Shown: in pieces, positions 55,129 to 64,000 of the stretch
Layout of the letters: each line of letters starts with the position of its first letter
Numbering within the stretch: position 1 is the stretch's first letter
DNA from: the human T2T-CHM13v2.0 reference genome, Homo sapiens
DNA: 64,000 nucleotides
Assembly (NCBI RefSeq): GCF_009914755.1
Contig: NC_060929.1
Strand: one strand, 5' to 3'
Notes under the pieces: model-generated
What the model saw: only the letters and a program-made list of their open reading frames with translations
Database searches by the model: none
Told to the model about the DNA's origin: nothing
Made by a program: the position numbers and the translations under genes

Positions 55129-55609
55129 GATAAACACTGTTAGGGAGCTGTTCAGCTACAGTGTGACGTCACCAGATCAGGTAGGAATGCCGTGGCTTGA
55201 AACTGTCTGATCACCTCAATGTGCTGATTCTGAGGTATAAAAGATGACACCTTACTGTGTCTCCCCTGGGGAAAATGTGACTTTGCACCAAAACAATGAG
55301 CTTGAAATGTATTTAAGCAGGTACAGACATTGGCCTGCATACGTCTCTAATGAAAGTCAAGTGATAACTATAGACAAACACAATAAACCGTAAGCCAGAC
55401 TAATTGAACTTATTTCATGAAACACTGAAAAGGAACATAGAAACCATTGCAGAAGCAGTGGGGATACAACATTAACTTTCTGAATTTGAATATGTCATTG
55501 TACATCTAGAAATGTGCCTTAAGTAGTCCTGTAAGGTATTTTGTACTTTGAGTTTTTATATTTTGTTTGCTTGATTTTCATTGTGTTGTATGTGTATGTG
55601 TTTTGTTTT

Positions 55610-56210
55610 ATTTACTTATTTTTAAAGACCTTTTTTTCCAGAAGTTTTTGCTTCATTTCATGGCAACATTAAGCAGAAAGTAGAACATTCCCATATATTT
55701 CCTAGGCCCACACTCGTCCACCCTTCCCCACCATCAACATTCCCCACCGGCGTGCTCCATTTGTAAAAATTTGTGAGCCCACATGGACACATCCCTATCA
55801 CCCAAGTCCATAGTTTACATGGGCGCTCACTCTTAGTGTCATACATGCTGTGGGTCTGGACAAATGTATTCTGACATCAATCCACCGTGATAGTATAATA
55901 TAGGGGAGCTTCACTGCCCTGCAGATCCTCCATGCTCTGCCTGTTCATCCTCCCTCCCGACCAACCCCTGGCAACCGCTGCCCTATTTACTGTCTCCACA
56001 GTGTTGCCTTTTCCAGAATGTCATATAGTTGGAATCATACAGCATGCAACCTCTTCAGATTGGCTTCTTTCACTTAGTCACATGCGTGTAAGTTTCCTCC
56101 ATGTCTTTTTGTAGCTCATTTTTTCTTAGCATTGGATAACATTTTATTGTCTGGATGCACCAGGTTTATTTATCCAGTCACCTGCTTAAGGACATCTTGG
56201 TTGCTTTACT
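55610..56210 (-). mobile_element. L1MB/L1MC-like 3' fragment
   Basis: tcacccaagtccatagtttacat...ttgccttttccagaatgtcatatagttggaatcatacag...ggacatcttggttgct. Confidence 0.75.
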
Positions 56211-56231
56211 TTTAGTACATTTTTAGTATTT

Positions 56232-56352
56232 TATATGTGTGTGCATGTGTGTATATGTGTATATATATACATATATACATATATATACACATATATATGC
56301 ATACACACACATGCACACACAGATATATATATATATACACATATATGTATAT
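56232..56352. repeat. Compound (TG)/(TA)/(CA) low-complexity repeat
   Basis: Alternating purine-pyrimidine tract. Confidence 0.9.
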
Positions 56353-57451
56353 CATCCATATAAGAAAGGGCAGAAAGATACCTTGTGAACTAAAGAATAC
56401 TTCTGGTTTTCAGGAAACTTAGCTGGTTATTTAGGTTAAATCATTAAATTTTTCATTTCTGTTTTCTGGGACTCAGTGTGGTTGGCTCTAAAATTCACTA
56501 AGATTTCCCACACTCAGCGTAACTGTCCCCTAATAATTAAAACCGTGGCACATGCTTCAAATATTTTGGAATGAGAATGCAAAACAAACTGGTGGATAGA
56601 TAGAATAGATAGCTTGCATTACAAATCTCTATCTATGTCCATGCAATTACTGCAAATGTGCTCATAAGTGCTTCCTGAAATATTTGCTGAAAAGTGCAAG
56701 CTTCATTCAGAATCAAGGTTCTGGGGTTGGAGGGAAGAACACAATATATTGTTTTTAGATACAATTAGGCACCATTGCTCTATTCTCTGACCCATCAATA
56801 ATTTAGAATTGTGGTTCTATATTTCCAAATGTATGGAAGCTTCAGGGTACATTTTTTTCTGTTATTTAAAGTGTTCTTATATTGAAATCAAAGGAAGTTT
56901 TAAAGTTATCTTATTTTTGGCATTTTTGAGACTTCCTTTATGGCTTAACAATGGGAGTTTGTTATAAATATTTCCCGTGAGAATCAAGGAATGTGTTCTG
57001 AATAGGGTTATTCATATGACAACTAGATCAAATTCCATAGTTATTTATTTAAATCTGTTATGTTCTTATGTTTGTCTACTTTCTCTGCTTCTGAGAGAAG
57101 TCTATTAAAATTTCACATTATGATTGATTGTTTTTCCATTTTTTCTCTTAGTTTTACTTTACAATTGACTTTAAAATTCCACTTTGTATTGTTAGATAGT
57201 TATAGTTTCTGCATAAATTGTTCTTTTGTTATTAAGTAATGGCCATCCTTATTTCTGATCTTGCTTTCCAATTTATGATTTATTTTGTCTGAAATTAACA
57301 CTACGGGCACCAGCTCCATTTATTATTATTTTTTGACTCGGCTTACATTTCTTAATTATTTTTATTTTTAAATGTTTGTGTCATTGGGTTTACCTATGTC
57401 TTTAGTAAATAATATTCTGCTGAATTTTAATTTTATCAAGTGAAGAATCTA

Positions 57452-57744
57452 TTTTTTTTTTTTTAAGACGGCGTCGTACTCTGTCACCCAGGCTGGAGTG
57501 CAGTGGTGCAATCAGCTCACCGCAACCAACATCACCCAGGTTCAAGCAATTCTCCTGTCTCAGCCTCCCGAGTAGCTGGGATTACAGGCATGCACCATCA
57601 TGCTCAGCTGATTTTTGTATTTTTAGTAGAGAAGGGGTTTTGCCATGTTGGTCAGGCTGGTCTTGAACTCCTGACCTCAGGTGATCCACCTGCCTCAGCC
57701 TCCCAAAGTGCTGGGATTACAGGCGTGAGCCACCGTGCCCGGCC
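57452..57744 (-). mobile_element. AluSx-like
   Basis: ctcctgacctcaggtgatcc; full reverse complement. Confidence 0.9.
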
Positions 57745-59280
57745 AAACCTATCTTTTCTTTTAACATAAGCTGAATCTCTTCTTATGGAGTGTGGTTATA
57801 TTTGGATTTAGGTCCACCAATTTATTGTATGTCTTCTACTTACCATGTCTTCTTTTCTTCATCTTACCGTTTCATGTCTCTGCTCATTTCTAACGAATCT
57901 GTAGAATTGTCTTTATTCTCTTCTATTTCTACTACTGCTGGAAGTGATATATTCTTCTATAAGACCACCACTTTCTGATTTAAAATAGATAAGACAGACC
58001 CGAGTGTAAATTACTGTAACTTGCTAGATATCCAGGATTACTCACACAAGATTATCTTAAAACTCTGAGGAATAAGGAATTTATACAAAGAGCGAAGTGA
58101 GCTTAAACTGAAGATTAAATCTTTTTGCAGACCTATGATGCAGAGTTCCTAGATTTTCTGTGCACATTCTTCAAGGGGTGTTGGAAAGCAGCAGGCCGAG
58201 AGCCAGGCGCTACGCAGCAGACACACTAGCATGGACAGTCTCTGGGGAGGCTGGGCCAGCGAGCAGGAGAGAAGGCATCGCTGATTCACACAGTGGGGCT
58301 GCTTGCATTTGGAGTGGGGTCAGCCAGGACTATTGAGCCCAGAAACAGGACCCAGCACAACTGGCCCCGGAAAGAGAACATCTCCCTCAGAGTGTGACCA
58401 CTAGCCTCGTTTTTCTCTTTTTTCTTGCCAAAAACAAGAAACAAAACAAAATGAAGGAAAATGAAAAAAAAAAATCTTCATTAACCCTGTGTTTATTAAG
58501 AATAAATATGTTTTAGTGTCACGATTTCTTTCAAGATACTCACCGAGGCCTCGTTTTCGAAAGCACTGCACTCTGTTAAAGAAAACATGGCGAAACATTG
58601 CAGTCTTTTAAACCATGCTTTGATTCTGAAAATCGCAGATGCTAAATGTGTTGGACATGAAACCTATGAAGATGTCACTAATTTAGAATTTGTGATTTTC
58701 AATGACAGAGTTGGATTGAAATCTCCCCCTTATGCTGTCTCCCAGCATGAGGTTTGCTAATGTAATTTAAAAGAATAGTCAAATGTCAGTGGAAGGACAG
58801 ATGCTTCAGCCGCATCACAGAAGAAAACCAGGCTTCCTCCCCATTCACCAAGACAGCTTTTATCAGGGAGATAATATATACTACAGCATGTGTTCAGTTA
58901 CTCGGCAGATACTTACTGAGTGACAGACAGCCCAACACCTGCCACGGACTACATGGTTTGGAAATGGCCCCTGAGCTATAGGGCCAACGTGCTAGAGAGG
59001 GGCGCTTGCTCACCAGGCTGACCAGTGAACGCACAGAATCATTTCAAGGTTTGAAATGATTGCAGTCATCATAAAGGAAGACCACAGTCTCCTAGAATGC
59101 ATGGGTTTGTCTGGATCCAATGCAAGGCAAGAATCCATGCAAGAATTCCTCTCTCAGCTCCAGCCACCCACATTGTCCCAGAGTCTGATTTTACTTTTAC
59201 GCCAAATGAAATTCCAATAATTAGGGCTTTTTCATTGTTTTGATGCATTTATGATATATTTCCTTAATTTACAAAGACTA

Positions 59281-59585
59281 AGCTGGGTGTGGCGGCTCAC
59301 CCCTGTAATTCTAGCACTGTAGAAGGGTGAGGCCGGAGGATCGCTTGAGATAGGAGTTTGAAACCAGCCTGGGCAACACAGTAAGACCCCATCTACACAA
59401 ATAGTAATAATTTTAAAAATTAGCCAGGTGTGATAGCATGCACCTATAGTCCTAGCTACTCAGGAGGCTGAGGCAGGAGGATTGTTTGCACCTGGGAGGT
59501 CAAGGGTGCAGTGAGCTATGATCATGCCACTGTCCTCCAGCCTAAGTAACAGAACAAGACTCTGTCTTAAAAAAAAGAAAAAAAA
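59281..59585 (+). mobile_element. AluJ
   Basis: gaggatcgcttga...cagtgagctatgatcatgccactg; TSD aaagacta. Confidence 0.87.
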
Positions 59586-60199
59586 GACTAAAGAGAAGTA
59601 AAGAGAAGAATCTGTTTAAATTGTTAAAATTGAACATTTAAACTAAATGTAGGTTTTTGTTTCTGACATCTATTATTTCAGTGAACTTATTACTTAGTGA
59701 CCACGTGAACATTGTTTAAACCCTTCATTGTATTGTACTTTAAAGCCATCTATGAGAAGTCACAGCTCCCTGCCCCAGCCACTCACCCATCTCCAACCTC
59801 AATGACCCGGTGCCAAGAATTCCAGTGACTTTGGTTCTCCATTCTGGTATTCTGATATTTGGAAATAATATGCATGATAGCCGGTTTCTATTTATTGATT
59901 TTAAAGATTATCCTATTATCCATTGCAGGTGAGGACTTGGCCTTTTTGTGGCACCTTTTATCAGTTTTATATCACTCAGCTCTCTTACCACCAAATTCGT
60001 GTCCCTCCGTCCTGCTTATGTGATTAGAGCCCATGGTTACTCATTGTCATCACTCCTTATTATTGTTGCTAGCTAAGCAGAGCTCCCTGATTCTATCTTC
60101 TTACATGTATAAAATGTTATTTGTCTAGAAGCTAATGATTGCCTGACTTTTGTTTGCTTAGGTTTGTTATATAAATTCCAAAAGATATATCAACTTCAT

Positions 60200-60625
60200 G
60201 GATTCATTTAACAAATATAATTGAGTGTCTACTATGTGTCAGGCCCTTGGGACACCTTAGTGAATAAACAGACAAAGCTCCCTGTCCTGGAGGAGCATGT
60301 GTTTAAGTTGGGGGTGACAGAGTCAACAATAGATACAGTGTTTATTTAGACCATATGCTTAGACTTTATGTTTATTTCTCTTTTTGTTTATTTATAGATG
60401 TTTATAAACATAATGTATTTTAAATGACAGCACATTTTAGAAAGTGATAAGTGTCATGGATAAAAATGAAAAAAAGGGGGAAAAAACAAATAAAAAACCA
60501 ACCAAACAAACAAAAAAAACAAAACGAAGGGAGAAAGGGAGATTAGAATTCCAAAAGAAGGGGGTGCAGGTTGTAGGTAGACTGAATAGAAAGTGCCATT
60601 TGAACAAAGGTTAGGAGGAGGTGAG
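60200..60625 (-). mobile_element. L2 fragment
   Basis: attcatttaacaaatataattgagtgtctactatgtgtcaggc...cagacaaagctccctgtcctggaggagc. Confidence 0.65.
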
Positions 60626-61451
60626 CATGTGAAATGTCCACGCTCTATTTCCCCCACACAGGCCAATCTCTCCATCCCTTTTTCCCTGCACTCCTCATTC
60701 CCAGTGCTGCCCTCCTTGTTCCAGCCCAGGCCTGTCACCCTGCTGGAGCTTCCTGTGTGTCTCTGCCATGCTGAACACCCTGTTTGTGGATGCCAGGCAT
60801 TGTCTGTCTGTGGGAAACACAGAAGCAATCTTCTGACTGCCTCCAAGGCTTCTCGGCTAACAAAGAGTTAGAGAACAGGATTCTGGGGTGGAAGTCACTT
60901 TCCCCAGGAGTTTTAGCGTAATGTCCTTGACTCCCATCCACTGTGGCTACTGAGAAGTCCATTGTTCCTCTAATCCCCAGTCCTTCATTTGGAAACTGTC
61001 TTTTTTTCATTTTCCTCTCCCCTTTCTGGAAGCTTTAGGGACTTTTACTTATTCCTGGTCTCTTATGTGCTTTAATGGCTTGGTATTTTCACTCATTTGC
61101 TGAGTCCACAGTGGTTCTTTTCAATTTGGGGAAAAAAGATTTTATTAATACTCTCCTTCATTTGTTTATGCTCTTGCCTTCTGAACTCTAACACAGTAGA
61201 CAAATGTTATGATGTTCTTGTGTTTTCTTTTCAGATGTCCATCTCTTTGTCTTTTTATCTTGGAAGTTTTTTTGAATTTTATCTTCCAGGTTTTCTGCTT
61301 TTTGTTTTGCTTTTGTTTGTTTGCTTGTTTTATACCTGATTACCCTCCTTCATATTTTCAAATGCTCATTTTATTTTTTGGTCTTTGTTTCTTCTCTTTT
61401 AAGGCATCCTGCTCTACTTGTTTCTCTATAAAGATACTAGAGTTGTTTATT

Positions 61452-61600
61452 TTCCTTCCCTCCCTCCCTTCCTTCCTTCCTTCTTTCTTTTCTTTTCTTT
61501 ATTTCTTTTTCTTTCTTTCTTTCTTTTTCCTTCCTTCCTTCTTTCCTTCTTTCTTTTTTCTTTCCTTTTGTTCTTTCTTTTCTTTCTCTACTCTTCTCTT
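61452..61600. repeat. Polypyrimidine (TTCC/TTTC)n tract
   Basis: About 150 bp of almost pure C/T. Confidence 0.92.
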
Positions 61601-61718
61601 TGTCTTCTGTAAAGTATTTTTATCTGTAGAGTATTTTTCCTCCACATTCCTTCCAGTGTCTGAGTGGTAGATTTTGCTCCTTTTTTGTGTGTGTTGATAT
61701 CTTCCATAAATATCTAAT

Positions 61719-61756
61719 AATCCTGAACTGAATCCTGAATCCTGAATCCTGAATCC
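61719..61756. repeat. (TGAATCC)n heptamer repeat
   Basis: Four perfect units plus a partial one. Confidence 0.9.
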
Positions 61757-61948
61757 AGGCACGTTAAGACTGAGTCACCAAGACTTTACTTAGATGTTCT
61801 CAGTGTTGAGAGACTCCTTCATCAATGGCTGGGCAGGAAGCCTTTTATTTCTGCCTTGCCACCTCCCAAATTATTTCCTCCAGGTTCATCCATTTCTCTA
61901 GAGAAGGATCCTGTGGCGGAGTGAAGGACAATGGAGGGGTGTGTGTGT

Positions 61949-62334
61949 TTCAATTTATTATTGCTAATTATTACAATGAACATCTTATGACTACTTAGTT
62001 GTAAGTTGTGTGTCTTATGACTACTTAGTTGGAGGTGTGTTTGTATTCCAGGGGTGCATCAACATGTGTGCCTAGTACTCTGAAGCACAGAGACAAGGTT
62101 GGGAAAGTGTCTTGGAATTTCCCGTTTAAACACCTCTGGCTGAGGTTGGTATCCCCAAGTCAGTCTCTGCAATGGGAACCTCCTTCCTGGCCTTCCTTAG
62201 AATTGGGGATGGTGGTGGAGAGGTTTAGTACATGCTAAACCTATCTGTTGAGTAACGGAATTCTATTGTTGCTTAAAGCGCCACCTAATTAGTCATAAGA
62301 CATTCATTATAACAATTAGCAATAATAAACTGAA
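61949..62334. repeat. 50-bp inverted repeat (arms 61949-61998 and 62285-62334)
   Basis: Manual alignment gives 44/50 identity; extra partial copy at 62011-62034. Confidence 0.9.
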
Positions 62335-62929
62335 GTTAAAGCAATTGAAATATGGAAAAAATGATATAAGCCTATAATTAAATATATTGAGAAGAAAATA
62401 AAGTAAATTACCTCTAGGGGAACCTACTCATCCCACGTTGCTCAGAACTGTTCTGGTTTTACAACTGGAAATCCCAAGTCTGGGAACCCTCTCAGGCCCA
62501 AGCAAACCAGCGCAGCTGTTTGCTCTACCCTATCTCTTCATGTTTGATAAACATACTGAATTATAGTAGAAAATGTTAATCCAGTTATTTTCCTTCTAGC
62601 CAGCAATATTCACCATTGGATGCTAAATAATGACAGTTCTTTAAAAAGAGAAGCAGAAATGTCCAGGGAATACAACTGGAGTGTCAGTGCAGAAATGATA
62701 GTAATTACTGGGGAGGAGAGCATCACATGAAGCCAAGAAAGCTGAAGCTTTAAGGCTCTTCTAATCGCAAGTTCCTAATTTTGAAAATACTCTTCTTACA
62801 AGGGGTAGCCCTAAGTTACATAAGCTCCAGGCCTCACAAAACCTCCAGGATCCACTCAGATAATAGATAATAGCACTTATGATGATGATAAAAGGTTTTT
62901 AAAACTTTTGTGTTAAAACATGTATTTTA

Positions 62930-63973
62930 ACACTTCGTTCTTTATATCAAAATAAATCTCATTTTGATCAAAATCAAATTTAAAGTAATCAAAATGTTTG
63001 AAGAGAATATGAGTAAATATTTCATAATATTAGAGTATTAAAAACTTTATAAGTATATCATGTAAACAAGAATCTATTAAGGGAAACTTCATTGTATAAC
63101 ACAAATATAATGTGTAACAGCAACAAATCAGTGTGTCTGGCAAGATGCTACAACAAAATCCCATGATTGCTACACAGAGCGTGAAGGTTATGCCCTGAGG
63201 ACCAAACAGTTTATCTCCCAAACCAGTCCATAAATTTTGTATTTAAAACATGTGTAGATGCAGAGACTGGGGAGTTGGCCACTGGGGATTGTAGAGTGAG
63301 AAAAATACCAGGGACATGCTTAACCCACTACCCTATTGGGTGGTTTATAGGCATTGAATGTAAATGAATCCATATGAAAGTGTATTTCACAGACTCTTAT
63401 TTTTACCTTATTAATTTTTCGTGTGTGTATGTGTGTATTAGGAAAATATGTAAATACAGACACATATGTGTGTGTGATAAAAGTGAATAATGTGTGTTTG
63501 AGTGGGTGTATACAAAATACAGAAAACGAAGGCCCTCATGATGAGTGTAATAACGTGACAAGTTACTGCATTATGATGATGAGTGTGATAATGCATTGGT
63601 TTGCTCAGAACAGTAGTGGTATATGCTCACCCGTTGCGCCTTTGTTGGCTAGCAGCCTCCGACCCTCATGAGTGGCTGGTTTGGGAGATAAACTGTTTGG
63701 TCCTTGATGCATTAACTGTCACGCTCTGGGTAGTGATCATGGCCGTTCATTGTAGCATCTTGCCAGACACATTGATTTGTTGCTGTTACACATTATATTT
63801 GTGTTCTGTAATGGAGTTTCCCTTAATAGATTCTTGTTTACATGACACATTTAGAAAGTTTTTAATACTCTAATATTATGAAATATTTACTCATATTCTC
63901 TTCAAACATTTTGATTACTTTGAATTTGATTTTGACCAAAATGAGATTTATTTTGACATAAGGAATGAAGTGT
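62930..63973. repeat. ~300-bp inverted repeat (arms 62930-63230 and 63673-63973; spacer ~440 bp)
   Basis: Manual alignment gives ~90% identity (about 30 differences), including a 67-bp perfect run; also visible as mirrored ORFs 63030..63221(-) and 63601..63873(+). Confidence 0.97.
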
Positions 63974-64000
63974 AAGGTTCCCAGTTATTCTTCCAATGCC

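Noticed and set aside
58990-59006. CTCF-like agggggcgc (also ccaccagcgggggc near 45404)
   Set aside because: Only partial matches to the core motif; unsupported without ChIP data.
61097-61762. Long Phe/Leu/Ser-rich and Lys/Glu-rich ORFs resembling membrane or basic proteins
   Set aside because: Artefacts of the polypyrimidine tract.
63030-63873. Two similar ORFs on opposite strands (CSILPDTLICCCYTLYLC) as a duplicated small gene
   Set aside because: Simply the two arms of the inverted repeat; no ATG-based gene structure or recognisable domain.

Overview
Human (primate) genomic DNA from inside the ADAMTS16 gene, + strand. Eight internal coding exons (probably exons 11-18, 1184 nt) can be spliced with canonical AG/GT sites and consistent phases. 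They encode the end of the disintegrin-like domain, the central thrombospondin type-1 repeat (TSR1), the Cys-rich domain, the spacer and the next TSR. The rest is intron filled with Alus, L1/L2 fragments, solo ERV/MaLR LTRs (almost all antisense to the gene), DNA-transposon relics and simple repeats. Nearly all ORF-track entries are spurious. I see no new gene system. The most unusual structures are: (i) two adjacent local inverted duplications at 61.9-64.0 kb, each an inverted copy of nearby downstream DNA bracketed by short direct repeats, which looks like templated insertion; (ii) a young AluYb with an incomplete set of Yb8 diagnostics, inserted in the only sense-oriented LTR; (iii) a ~33-bp SVA 3' tip; (iv) a 3x79-bp tandem repeat and a 17-bp octamer-like array. 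Repeat family names are from memory of consensus sequences and need RepeatMasker/Dfam confirmation.
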